From Faecousia sp. (GTDB lineage Bacteria > Bacillota > Clostridia > Oscillospirales > Oscillospiraceae): a stretch of DNA of 64,000 bases. The DNA lies in contig JAZOLX010000124.1 of NCBI GenBank assembly GCA_045653485.1, positions 7,301-71,300 of the forward strand, given 5' to 3'. Of this stretch, positions 18,162 through 28,136 are shown piece after piece. Each line of letters starts with the position of its first letter. The first letter of the stretch is position 1. The position numbers were made by a program, and so were the translations under genes. A model generated the notes under the pieces. It did not search any database. It saw only the letters and a list, made by a program, of their open reading frames with translations, and had not been told where the DNA came from.

Positions 18162-19829
18162 ATGAAAAAACCCTTATTATCCGAAATGACCCTGCGGGAA
18201 AAGATCGGCCAGACCATCATTCCCTATCAGTATGACATTAACCGAAAAACGGAAGTGGATGCCTCTATCCTGAGAACGAAAGAGGAGAAGGCTGCTTTCC
18301 TGCGGGAACGTCAGCCAGGTACACTTTGGGTTCAACCGGGCGCAGGAAGCCGGGGTTTTGATGTTGCCTGGGAAGCAGCGCATCAGGATGAAAGCGAGGA
18401 GTTCCGGGAATGGATCCTCGAAGAGGATGCCTGTCTCAAGATCCATGCCCTTGTGTGTACCGATGCTGAAAACGGAATTAAGTGGGCAATTAAGGATCTG
18501 TCTGAAACCCCCACAGAAGCAGCTATCGGCGCAGCAAACTCTCCGGAACTTACTTATGAGTTGGGTAAGGCTGTGGGCAAAGAGTTGCGCTGTGCAGGCA
18601 TCAACTGGGTATGGGGTCCCGTCATCGATATTGGTGGACGGTTCGGCAGCAACACCCGCTCCTATTGCCAGAATAACCCTGCGCGTATGGTGGAGCAGGC
18701 CAATGCCTATATCCGGGGTGTCCAATCTGTGGGTGTAGCAGCTACAGCCAAGCATTTCCCCGGCGGTGACCGCAAAGAATACAGAGATTCCCATTTCTGT
18801 TCCACGAAAAATATTTCCACCATGGAAGAATGGTGGGCAGAGCAAGGCAAGATTTTCCAGGATGTCATTGATGACGGTGTCTACTCTGTTATGATCAGCC
18901 ACAAAGCATTCCCCGCTGCAGATGACACCAAAATCAAGGGCCGTTACATTCCCTCCACATTGTCCTATAATGTCATCACAAAGCTTTTGAAAGAAGAAAT
19001 GGGTTTCAAGGGTGTTGTTGTTACCGACGGCATTGCCATGGCCGCCCTGTCCTCTTTCTATGAAGAGGAAGAGCTGATCGTTAAACTGATCCAGGCAGGT
19101 AATGATATTCTGCTAGGCGTCCGTTCTCTGCGCGCAGTGGATATTCTGGAAGCCGCTGTGCTGGACGGACAAATCTCCGAAGCAAGAATTGACGATGCCT
19201 GTCAGCGCATTCTGGACATGAAGGAAAAGATGGGCATGTTCACCGAGGAATACTGGCAGGAACGCTTCAAGGCTGAGGATCTGGTTCCCGAAACCCGGAA
19301 GATCTGCAAAGAGATTTCCCAAAAGAGTATCACCTTGGTCCGGGATGAGAACAACCTGCTTCCTCTTGATAAAGAGAAAATCAAAAATGTTACCATCATC
19401 TGCTCCACCCATACGGATTCGTTCTTCGGTAACCTTGAGGTTGTAAAAAAGGCCTTTGAGGCCCGGGGTGCCAATGTAAAGATGCAAAGACGCCTGAAAA
19501 ACAATGAGGAGCTGGCTGAGATCAGCAAGAACAGCGACCTGATTCTCTATGCCGTATATATAGCCGGTCACCAACCCAAGGGTTGGATCACCCTGTTTGG
19601 AGAGGAATGTGAAACCTACCTGTACGCATTCTCCACAGGCGCAGCAAAGTCTATGGGTGTTTCTTTTGGATATCCCTACGTCCATTACAACATCATGGAA
19701 GGCGCAAATACCTTTGTAAATACATACAGCGCCAGTCCGGAGCAGATGGAATCCTTTGTAGAAGCACTGTATGGCGAGGTTCCCATGTCCGGGGTATCTC
19801 CCATAGATATCGATCCGGGTCCGCTGTAA
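18162..19829 (+). CDS. GH3 beta-N-acetylhexosaminidase/glycoside phosphorylase-like enzyme
   Basis: MTLREKIGQ, DAENG, KHFPG...RDSH, GFKGVVVTD; start set at ATG 18162 after an AAGGAG SD. Confidence 0.85.
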   Translation: MKKPLLSEMTLREKIGQTIIPYQYDINRKTEVDASILRTKEEKAAFLRERQPGTLWVQPGAGSRGFDVAWEAAHQDESEEFREWILEEDACLKIHALVCTDAENGIKWAIKDLSETPTEAAIGAANSPELTYELGKAVGKELRCAGINWVWGPVIDIGGRFGSNTRSYCQNNPARMVEQANAYIRGVQSVGVAATAKHFPGGDRKEYRDSHFCSTKNISTMEEWWAEQGKIFQDVIDDGVYSVMISHKAFPAADDTKIKGRYIPSTLSYNVITKLLKEEMGFKGVVVTDGIAMAALSSFYEEEELIVKLIQAGNDILLGVRSLRAVDILEAAVLDGQISEARIDDACQRILDMKEKMGMFTEEYWQERFKAEDLVPETRKICKEISQKSITLVRDENNLLPLDKEKIKNVTIICSTHTDSFFGNLEVVKKAFEARGANVKMQRRLKNNEELAEISKNSDLILYAVYIAGHQPKGWITLFGEECETYLYAFSTGAAKSMGVSFGYPYVHYNIMEGANTFVNTYSASPEQMESFVEALYGEVPMSGVSPIDIDPGPL

Positions 19830-19872
19830 GGAGAAAGCACAAAAAATTCACTGAAATAAAGGAGAATTTTCT

Positions 19873-21738
19873 GTGAAGAAGCCTGAACTACTGATTTTTG
19901 GCATTGACGGAGCAAGTCCTGCTTACATCAAGGAAGCGGTCGCTCAGGGACGTCTGCCCAATTTCAAGCGGCTAATGGAAAACGGCGTTTTTCTGGAAGA
20001 CTGCATGACTGCATTCCCCAGCATCACGCCCACCTGCTGGTCCGCAATTTGTACGGGCGCACCTGCCTCCGTCAATGGTGCCCTTTGCCACGAAGTCCAT
20101 AAACCCGGAACACACCCGGAGCAGTTGTATACGCCTTATTCATCTGATCTTATAAGTGCGGAGCGCTTCTGGGAGGCTGCGGCAAAAATCGGAAAAACAG
20201 CTCTGCTGGTTGACGTTCCCTGCTCCGGCCCCGCCAAGTGTGACGGTATTCTGCAGGTCAAAGGCGGTGTGTCCATTTCCGCCGACCTGTCCCCGGACAG
20301 AGCCTATACATCGGGCATCCCCCAGCAGGTTTTCCGCAACGATGGTGAGATCGTTGTGGTAGATACCCTAAAAGTCTTGGCTGGTGGCGCTTGGAATTCG
20401 GTCTTCGGCAAAAACAAATTCGTATGTCTGGATGAAAATACTTTTGTTTTTCATCCCATCTACACATCTTCCAACTACAATCCAAATGAAGTGGAATCCC
20501 ATGTATGGGTCATCGTTCGGGAATGTGACGGTGTGCGTGTAGGCATTGATGAAGAATCTGCTCATGCTGCACCGCTCCTGCATCAAGGTCAATGGACCAA
20601 TGTCATCACCCGTCGGCTTATGACGGAAGAAGGAGAAACTGTCCCCTTCCATTTCCGGGCAAGGCTGGATGCATACGATGCAGAATCGAGAATCTTTACG
20701 TTATTCGTGACCGGTGCTGAGAATCTGCTCCGTGAGATCACACCTCTCTCTCTGGCCAGAGAGATCGCTGAGTTGAAAGGTACCACCCGCAGCATCGACC
20801 ATGCCTCCATTTACAATCCCCCCTTCTCTGCCGACAAATTTATCGAAGGTGAACGCTTTTTCGTAGAATGGAACCGGTTGGTTATCCAGCATTGCGTTGA
20901 TAAATATCAGCCGGATCTCGTGTTTGATTACCATGGCGACATCGATTCTCTCAATCACCGTTACCGCTGCGCTTACGAAGGCTACGAAAATGTGTGGTTT
21001 GATTGCCAAGGAGAAAAGCAAATTGCCGAAGAAGTATACCGAAAAGGATATGACCTGATGGATGCGCATCTGGGTTGGCTTTTGGAACATGCTGCAGACG
21101 AAAACACCACAATCATGGTCGTATCCGACCATGGTGCCGTCGGTTACAACGAGCGTGTCAGACCTTGGGATGTGATGGCCGCCGAAGGTTTGGTGGTTTA
21201 CAAGGACGGCGTAGATCCCCTGAAGGCCAACGGAAATGGCGTTGATTGGACAAAAACCAAAGTCTATCCTGTGGGAAGCTGCTATGTCAACGTGAACCTA
21301 AAGGGACGTGAGCCAACAGGCATTGTGGATCCTGCCGATTATGACAAAACCGTCGCTGAGATCATCACCGCCCTACAGAAGCACGAGCGGACTAAAGACG
21401 GTTCCACCATTGCTTTGGCCTTTGCGGTGGAGAAGCGCTCAGCAGGTTTTGTAGGTGTGGGTGGCGAGAATTGCGGTGATGTGGTCTACGGCATTACCGG
21501 CAGCCGTATGGGTGGTTTTATCGGCGGCGTTCACAGCCAACAAATCCCCTCTGCTCGTTCTGAGAAAGGTGATATTCGCTCTCTGTGTCTTTTCAGTGGC
21601 CCGGGAATCAAGAAAAACGTATCCCTGCCCCGCCCCGCAGATCTTACCGATCTTGCGCCTACCCTCTGTTATGTGCTAAACTATCCTCAGCCGGAAGATG
21701 CCACCGGCGGTATTATCTTCCAGATCTTTCAAAAATAA
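19873..21738 (+). CDS. Alkaline-phosphatase superfamily protein, NPP/phosphodiesterase type (paralog 1)
   Basis: GIDG, PSITP (Thr nucleophile), DSLNH, VSDHG, VNLKGREPTGIV. Confidence 0.85.
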   Translation: MKKPELLIFGIDGASPAYIKEAVAQGRLPNFKRLMENGVFLEDCMTAFPSITPTCWSAICTGAPASVNGALCHEVHKPGTHPEQLYTPYSSDLISAERFWEAAAKIGKTALLVDVPCSGPAKCDGILQVKGGVSISADLSPDRAYTSGIPQQVFRNDGEIVVVDTLKVLAGGAWNSVFGKNKFVCLDENTFVFHPIYTSSNYNPNEVESHVWVIVRECDGVRVGIDEESAHAAPLLHQGQWTNVITRRLMTEEGETVPFHFRARLDAYDAESRIFTLFVTGAENLLREITPLSLAREIAELKGTTRSIDHASIYNPPFSADKFIEGERFFVEWNRLVIQHCVDKYQPDLVFDYHGDIDSLNHRYRCAYEGYENVWFDCQGEKQIAEEVYRKGYDLMDAHLGWLLEHAADENTTIMVVSDHGAVGYNERVRPWDVMAAEGLVVYKDGVDPLKANGNGVDWTKTKVYPVGSCYVNVNLKGREPTGIVDPADYDKTVAEIITALQKHERTKDGSTIALAFAVEKRSAGFVGVGGENCGDVVYGITGSRMGGFIGGVHSQQIPSARSEKGDIRSLCLFSGPGIKKNVSLPRPADLTDLAPTLCYVLNYPQPEDATGGIIFQIFQK

Positions 21739-21749
21739 GGAGACATATC

Positions 21750-23603
21750 ATGAAAAAGCCTGAATTATTTATTCTTGGCGTTGATGGCGGTTGCCCTGGT
21801 TATGTCAAAACAGCAATTGCCGAAGGGAGACTTCCCAACTTCAAGCGTTTGATGGACAGAGGTGTCTTTCTGGATGATTGTATGCCCGCTTTCCCCAGTA
21901 TCACACCCACCTGTTGGTCTGCAATTTCCACAGGCGCGCCTGCTTCTATCAACGGTGCCCTTTGTCACGAAGTCCATAAGACAGGAACCCATCCGGAGGA
22001 ATTGTGGACGCCATATTCATCCGAGCTTATCCGTGCGGAGCGGTTCTGGGAAGCCGCAGCAAAAGTCGGAAAAACATCCCTAATGATTGAAGTCCCCAGC
22101 TCGGGTCCTGCCAAATGTGATGGCGTTCTGCAGGTGAAGGGCGGCGTGTCCATGTCTCCCAGCCTTTCAGATGCCTACAGCTCCGGCGTCCCTAAGCAAT
22201 TCTTCCGCAATGACGGCAAGTCTATAGTGGTAGATTCGGTCAAAACCTTGGCCGGCGGTGCGTGGAATGCCGTATTCGGCCAAAGCGATTTCCTTTGCCT
22301 TGACGAGAACACTTTTGTCTTCCGTCCCGTTTTCACGTCTGATGCCTATAATAAGAACGAAGTGGAATCCCATGTCTGGTTTATCCAGCGTGAGAAGGAT
22401 GGTGTTCGCATTGGTGTGGACGAGCAATCCGTCAAGGATGCTCCGATTTTGCGTGAGGGACAGTGGTCTGATGTTATCACCCGCCGGCTGATGACCGAAG
22501 ACGGAGAACGCCTGCCCTTCCAGTTCCGTGCAAGATTAGATGAATACAACGCCGAAACAGGCATTTTCACCGTGTTCGTGACAGGTGCTGAAAATTTCCT
22601 CCGGGAGATCACGCCCCTTTCTTTGGCCAGAGAGCTTGCCGAAATTCCGGAAACTCCCAACGGTACTGACTACGCATCCATCTTCACAGATCACTGCCGT
22701 ACGGATAAATATATCGACGGAGAGCGTTTTCACCACCATTGGCGTGAGCAGGTGATGGCACATTGCATGGAAAAGTACGGGCCGGATATCATTTTCGATT
22801 ACCACGGCTCCATTGATTCCATCAATCACCGCTTCCGCAGCGCCTATGAGGGCGTAGATATCCAATATGAAGGCGAGCAAGAATGTGCCGCAGATATCTA
22901 TGAAAAGAGCTACAACCTGTTAGACAACCATCTGGGTTGGATTCTTGACAACGCAATGGATGAGAATACCACCATTCTGGTAGTTTCCGATCACGGTGCT
23001 GTAGGCTTTAATGAGTATCTCAAGCCATGGGGCATGATGCACGCAGCAGGCTTTGCCGTTTACAAAGAGGGTATTGTTCCAAACCTGTCCAGAGGAAAGG
23101 ATATCGATTGGACAAAAACTCGGGCCTATCCTGTGGGAAGCAGCCATATCAAGGTCAATCTGAAAGGCCGTGAGCCAACCGGTATTGTGGATCCCGCTGA
23201 TTATGAAAAAACCGTCAACGAGATCATTGAAGCTCTTCAGCAGCAAGCACGCGCCAAGGATGGCTCCATCATCGCGCTGGCCTTCGCTGTAGAAAAGGAA
23301 CAAGCAGGCTTTATCGGTCTTGGTGGCAAGGATTGCGGCGATGTGGTCTTTGGCCTCTGCGGCAGCCGTGTAGGCGGCCAGATCGGCGGCGTTCACAGCC
23401 ACCAGATCCCCTCTGCCCGCTCAAAGACCGGCGATATCCGCTGTCTGTGCATCTTCAGCGGCCCGGCTATCAAGAAAGGTCTAACCTTGTCCCGGCCTGC
23501 GGATTTGACCGATCTGGCGCCTACGCTGTGCTATGCTGTGGACTACCCGCAGCCGAAGGATGCAACAGGCGGTGTGATCTTCCAGATCTTCGAAAACAAG
23601 TAA
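21750..23603 (+). CDS. Alkaline-phosphatase superfamily protein, NPP/phosphodiesterase type (paralog 2)
   Basis: Same motifs; colinear with paralog 1 end to end; ATG at 21750 after AAGGAG. Confidence 0.85.
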   Translation: MKKPELFILGVDGGCPGYVKTAIAEGRLPNFKRLMDRGVFLDDCMPAFPSITPTCWSAISTGAPASINGALCHEVHKTGTHPEELWTPYSSELIRAERFWEAAAKVGKTSLMIEVPSSGPAKCDGVLQVKGGVSMSPSLSDAYSSGVPKQFFRNDGKSIVVDSVKTLAGGAWNAVFGQSDFLCLDENTFVFRPVFTSDAYNKNEVESHVWFIQREKDGVRIGVDEQSVKDAPILREGQWSDVITRRLMTEDGERLPFQFRARLDEYNAETGIFTVFVTGAENFLREITPLSLARELAEIPETPNGTDYASIFTDHCRTDKYIDGERFHHHWREQVMAHCMEKYGPDIIFDYHGSIDSINHRFRSAYEGVDIQYEGEQECAADIYEKSYNLLDNHLGWILDNAMDENTTILVVSDHGAVGFNEYLKPWGMMHAAGFAVYKEGIVPNLSRGKDIDWTKTRAYPVGSSHIKVNLKGREPTGIVDPADYEKTVNEIIEALQQQARAKDGSIIALAFAVEKEQAGFIGLGGKDCGDVVFGLCGSRVGGQIGGVHSHQIPSARSKTGDIRCLCIFSGPAIKKGLTLSRPADLTDLAPTLCYAVDYPQPKDATGGVIFQIFENK

Positions 23604-23606
23604 CCA

Positions 23607-23643
23607 AAAAGTCTTGCGGAAATCTCTCCGCAAGACTTTTTTC
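23607..23643 (+). terminator. Intrinsic terminator
   Basis: AAAAGTCTTGCGGA...TCCGCAAGACTTTTTT. Confidence 0.8.
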
Positions 23644-23708
23644 TTGACCTTTTGGGGAGAATACGGTATTCTATTATTCGTGAAATAAGAGAAAAACAGG
23701 AGCAGCCC

Positions 23709-25553
23709 ATGCGCATTTTATTTGATTCCAAAAGCTTGAACCACAAAGATCCCTTTGGTACCCTGACGCCGAATCAGAATTGCACATTGCAGATTCATGT
23801 GCCCTCTACAGTGGGTGCAACCTCTGTTCAATGTTTGATCCGGTTGGACAGCAGTGCCGAAGAAATTACCGCTCATATGACCCTAGCAGAGCGCAAAGGC
23901 TCTTACGATATTTTCAGTGGCAACTTTTCATTAAAGCACCCCGGTCTGTACTTCTACTATTTTAGAGTCATTACACCGGGGAATGCTTTCCGGCTGTTTA
24001 AGATAGGCAACGACACCAACATGGAAGCCGGCGATTGTTGGCAGGTCAGTTGTATTCCCGACGATTTTGTAACTCCCGATTGGGCCAAAGGCGCTACCAT
24101 TTATCAAGTATTTCCCGACCGCTTTTATAAAGATGGAGAATGTGATCTCACCGGAAAGCTGACACCCTATACCGTCCATAAGAATTGGGACGAAGAAGTG
24201 GATTGGCGGCCCACACCGGAGGGCAAGGTTCTAAACAACGACTTCTACGGCGGTAATTTCAAGGGTATCCAGAGCAAACTACCTTACATTGCCTCCATGG
24301 GGGCAACGATTTTGTATTTGAATCCCATCAGCAAGAGCTTTTCCAGCCACCGCTACGATACCGGTGACTACAACACACCCGACCCCATGCTGGGCACATC
24401 GGAAGACTTTACCTCCCTTTGTAATGCAGCCCATGCACTGGGCATCAAGGTAATTCTGGATGGTGTGTACTCCCATACCGGCTCCGACAGCCTGTACTTC
24501 AACCGGGAAGGCCATTTCTCTGGTGTTGGCGCTTACCAATCCAAGGAATCCCCCTATTACTCTTGGTACAATTTCCATCACTACCCCGATTCCTATCAGA
24601 GCTGGTGGAACTTCGATACCCTGCCCACCGTCAAAAAGATGGATCCGGCCTTTTTGGAATACATCATCACAGGCGAGGACAGTGTGGTGGCCCATTGGCT
24701 AAAACTGGGCGCTGACGGTTTCCGGCTGGACGTAGTGGACGAGCTGCCAGATGCCTTTACCCTGCTGCTGAAACAACGGATACGGCAGATCAAACCGGAT
24801 GCTTTGCTCATCGGCGAGGTCTGGGAAGACGCTTCCAACAAAATGGCCTACGGCCAGCGCCGCCGGTATTTTGTAGACGGCATGTTGCACTCCGTTATGA
24901 ATTACCCCTTCCGCACCGCCATTTTGAACTTCCTCCGGGGCGAAGATGACGGCAATCAGATCAAGGAAACCGTCATGACCATTCTGGAAAATTATCCTCC
25001 TCAAGTGGTCGCCTGCAACATGAATCTGTTGGGTACCCATGACACGCCCCGGATTCTGACCGCGCTGGTTGATCCCTTTGAAGGTAGCCGGGAAGAGCAG
25101 GCCCGTCGATTCCTGTCTGACGAACAGTTGAAGCTCGCCAAGGAGCGGCTTCTGATGGCCTCTTTCCTGCAATATATGCTGCCCGGCTGTCCCAGCCTAT
25201 ACTATGCTGACGAAACCGGCATGGAAGGCCACAAAGATCCCTTTAATCGCCGGCCCTATCCCTGGTATCGAGAAGATCCCCATTTGCTGCGGCACTTCCG
25301 CTGCTTGGGTAAGCTTCGTAAGGAACATAAGACACTGCGCATGGGCGATACTCACTTTTTCAGGTTTTGGCACGGCAAGCTCGGCTTCAGCCGCAGCTTG
25401 AACGGATGTCACATACGGGTTTATCTGAACCACAGTGATACCGATTGGGAGATCCCCGGCGGACAATTACTCTACGGGCACAGCCTGCGTACCGTTGCAC
25501 CCGGTTATCTAAATGTGGCTCCCATGGGTTTCTGTGTCACTTTGGAGGAATAA
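23709..25553 (+). CDS. GH13 neopullulanase/amylopullulanase-like glycosidase
   Basis: YQVFPDRF, HRYDT, DGVYSH, GFRLDVVDE, GEVWED, LGTHD. Confidence 0.92.
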   Translation: MRILFDSKSLNHKDPFGTLTPNQNCTLQIHVPSTVGATSVQCLIRLDSSAEEITAHMTLAERKGSYDIFSGNFSLKHPGLYFYYFRVITPGNAFRLFKIGNDTNMEAGDCWQVSCIPDDFVTPDWAKGATIYQVFPDRFYKDGECDLTGKLTPYTVHKNWDEEVDWRPTPEGKVLNNDFYGGNFKGIQSKLPYIASMGATILYLNPISKSFSSHRYDTGDYNTPDPMLGTSEDFTSLCNAAHALGIKVILDGVYSHTGSDSLYFNREGHFSGVGAYQSKESPYYSWYNFHHYPDSYQSWWNFDTLPTVKKMDPAFLEYIITGEDSVVAHWLKLGADGFRLDVVDELPDAFTLLLKQRIRQIKPDALLIGEVWEDASNKMAYGQRRRYFVDGMLHSVMNYPFRTAILNFLRGEDDGNQIKETVMTILENYPPQVVACNMNLLGTHDTPRILTALVDPFEGSREEQARRFLSDEQLKLAKERLLMASFLQYMLPGCPSLYYADETGMEGHKDPFNRRPYPWYREDPHLLRHFRCLGKLRKEHKTLRMGDTHFFRFWHGKLGFSRSLNGCHIRVYLNHSDTDWEIPGGQLLYGHSLRTVAPGYLNVAPMGFCVTLEE

Positions 25554-25554
25554 G

Positions 25555-25719
25555 ATGGAAAAGGAAATTTTTCTGTCCGGCTACTGCCGGGCATTGGACC
25601 AAAGCCGCATGGTAGAGGTAGAGATTGCGGGTGATAATGTGGATGCAGATTGCGCTTATCCCGATTGCCCCCATGCAGCGAGCTGCCAGATCGCCCAAAA
25701 AATCAACGACGCCATATAA
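25555..25719 (+). CDS. Small Cys-rich hypothetical protein (54 aa)
   Basis: GGAGG SD; SGYC...DCAYPDCPHAASC pattern; starts 1 nt after the GH13 stop. Confidence 0.6.
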   Translation: MEKEIFLSGYCRALDQSRMVEVEIAGDNVDADCAYPDCPHAASCQIAQKINDAI

Positions 25720-25720
25720 G

Positions 25721-25759
25721 TAAGACCTCGCATCCACACAGGATGCGAGGTCTTCTTAG
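25721..25759. terminator. Bidirectional hairpin terminator
   Basis: AAGACCTCGCATCC...GGATGCGAGGTCTT between convergent genes. Confidence 0.7.
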
Positions 25760-26298
25760 TTTTCCATCTGTTTGCCCAGAAAACCTGCCACTGTCTGAGC
25801 CAGCTTTTGATCGGACTCCTGCATTGGCTGGCTGTTCTCATTCATCAGAAGCATCACACAACCCATCAGATCGCCTTGAGACAAAATGGGGGAAGCCACA
25901 CCAAGGTAATACTTGTCCGAGCCTTCACTGGCCCGAATTGGCGCGTCACCCGGCTGGAAACGATAGTTACGCCGCTGCTCCATCAGTTTCTCCAACTCCT
26001 GAGAGTTAGGTTTGTCCACCAGTTCCCGCTTGGGCGCGCCATGGAGGGCAATGATGGAATCCCGCTCAGATACCGCCGCAATGCAGCCGGTGTTGGCACC
26101 GATGGCCTCGCACATCTGGGATGCAAACTCCTGTAAGTCCCCCATGGGAGAATACTTCCGGAAGATCACACCGCCGTCCTTCTCGGTATAAATTTCCAAT
26201 GGGTCGCCTTCACGGATTTTTAATGTGCGTCTAATCTCTTTGGGAATTACAATACGCCCGAGGTCATCGACACGGCGTACAATACCTGTGGCTTTCAT
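25756..26298 (-). CDS. spoVT: Stage V sporulation protein T (AbrB DNA-binding + GAF domain)
   Basis: MKATGIVRRVDDLGRIVIPKEIRRTL; C-terminal GAF ending FLGKQME. Confidence 0.93.
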   Translation of the reverse strand: MKATGIVRRVDDLGRIVIPKEIRRTLKIREGDPLEIYTEKDGGVIFRKYSPMGDLQEFASQMCEAIGANTGCIAAVSERDSIIALHGAPKRELVDKPNSQELEKLMEQRRNYRFQPGDAPIRASEGSDKYYLGVASPILSQGDLMGCVMLLMNENSQPMQESDQKLAQTVAGFLGKQMEN

Positions 26299-26524
26299 AT
26301 ATATCTATCTCCTTATTTTACAAATTACGCTGTTAGTATCTGTAAACAAGGGAGATTTATACTCACGAAAATACTATGTATCTGTGAAGGTTGCCACTAT
26401 AGATATATACAAATCTTAACTATACGGAAAGGTAACTATTGTTTTCTACCTATGGTTTTCTTTCGGATAATATGCTATACTTAGTTTAATATTATACGAA
26501 TTTGAATTTGTGGGAGGATTTTTT

Positions 26525-27265
26525 GTGGAAAACAAATTTAGAATTGAAACTTCTTCCATGTCGCTGCACATAATGGCAATGATATTTATGTTATGTGACC
26601 ATCTCTGGGGAACTGTAATCCCGGGAAATGATTGGTTGACATGTATCGGACGTATTTCTTTTCCAATTTTCGCATTCATGATTGTAGAAGGTTATTTTCA
26701 CACAAAAAATATAAAAAAATATGTATGCAGACTATTGGTATTTGCAGTACTATCTGAAATCCCATTTAATCTGGCTATGGGTAGCAGTGTATTTTACCCT
26801 ATCCACCAAAATGTGTTATGGAGTTTTTTAATATCTCTTTGGTTAATTCATCTTAACGAGAAAGCAAAAGCAACACATAAAATTTGGATACAAATATGTA
26901 CCGGGTGTGCGACAGTTATACTTGGATACATCATAGGAATCGTGACAATGGTAGATTTCTACCATGCAGGTATTTTAACTGTCCTGGTGTTTTATTTCTT
27001 CAGACAAAGAAAATGGTGGAGTTACATAGGACAATTCTTATGCCTATGGTATATTAACACAGAGATGTTGGGCGGTCTTGCTTACCAGATTCCCTTATGG
27101 GGCGAAACATATTTCTTCGTTCGCCAAGGACTTGCAATGTTGGCACTGATCCCGATTTGGCTGTATCGCGGCAAGCAAGGATATCATAACAAAATAACGC
27201 AATATGCCTATTATGCATTCTATCCGCTTCATTTGTTGATATTAGGCATCATTAAGTTTCTGTGA
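26525..27265 (+). CDS. TraX-family membrane protein (putative acyltransferase)
   Basis: MLCDH, GRISFPIFAF...EGY, SEIPFNL, QNV, YYAFYPLHL; AT-rich. Confidence 0.85.
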   Translation: MENKFRIETSSMSLHIMAMIFMLCDHLWGTVIPGNDWLTCIGRISFPIFAFMIVEGYFHTKNIKKYVCRLLVFAVLSEIPFNLAMGSSVFYPIHQNVLWSFLISLWLIHLNEKAKATHKIWIQICTGCATVILGYIIGIVTMVDFYHAGILTVLVFYFFRQRKWWSYIGQFLCLWYINTEMLGGLAYQIPLWGETYFFVRQGLAMLALIPIWLYRGKQGYHNKITQYAYYAFYPLHLLILGIIKFL

Positions 27266-27663
27266 CAGGGATATTGGAAGAGGCTCTCTCCCAAATGATG
27301 GGGAGCCTCTTCCTGTTATTTAAGCATACATATATGTACAGACGGCGATTATCTTTTGTAGTGGTATCCCCGCCCCCGGCAGGCATTGCGATAGTAAGAC
27401 AATAATTTTGCAAATTAGGCTGTTCGTATCTGTAAACGAGGAACGAAATCTCATCTACATGTACGGGCAAATATTGTTTTTTCCGGATCGTATGCTATAA
27501 TAAATATGTTGTTTTGCCTCTCAATCAACAAAGCGCAATGCGAATCACCGAGGTCTTCTATGCTTCACAGGGAAAGATGGTATTTCATCGGTATTTCAAC
27601 AATTTGGGATGTGTTGAATAACCAATCAATACCCACACTATAAAACAATAAGGAGATACCAAC

Positions 27664-27883
27664 ATGAACGAATACGAAGTTTTTATTGAAGATATCAATT
27701 CCTGCGGTGGCGAACAGTATGCAAAGAAAGAGCTGATTGAGGTCGAAGCAGACAGCCCCGAAGCATATGTCAAAGAAAATGGCAGATTCCCCATTATCGA
27801 TATTTCCAAAAACGCAAATGGCGATACCATTATTACAAGGTGATGGTAACGGAAATTTCCTGAAGTATACTTTTTCAGAATAA
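27664..27883 (+). pseudogene. Small conserved hypothetical gene with frameshift near 27838
   Basis: AAGGAG SD; MNEYEVFIEDINSCGG...DTIIT stops at 27841-43, while the +1 frame continues GDGNGNFLKYTFSE to TAA 27881-83. Confidence 0.55.
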
Positions 27884-27905
27884 TTGCATCTAACAGAACG
27901 CTCCC

Positions 27906-28136
27906 GTGTATCAACTCGATCCTCATCCCGCCTTTTCTCGTGATGGCAAGAATACTATTTCAATGACAACTGTAAGAGTTGGTGGGGTCGATATAGCCAT
28001 CACCCCGGTAGAGCCGCTCTTAGAACTTTGTATAGAGAAAGGCAAAAATGCACGAAATAGTCAAAGTCTCCGGCTAAGTACATCTGCCAATGAAAAGGAG
28101 CTTCTTGAATCATTCACATATCTAAGGTGGTTGTAA
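27906..28136 (+). pseudogene. C-terminal remnant of a beta-propeller (oligogalacturonate lyase/TolB-like) gene
   Basis: Begins at LDPHPAFSRDG, a typical last-blade motif; no clear SD or start. Confidence 0.4.

Noticed and set aside
26525-27265. Conjugative element implied by TraX
   Set aside because: No relaxase, T4SS, integrase or att sites in the window.
27495-27663. Possible riboswitch or ncRNA in a roughly 160-nt leader
   Set aside because: No known aptamer motif or convincing terminator recognised by eye.
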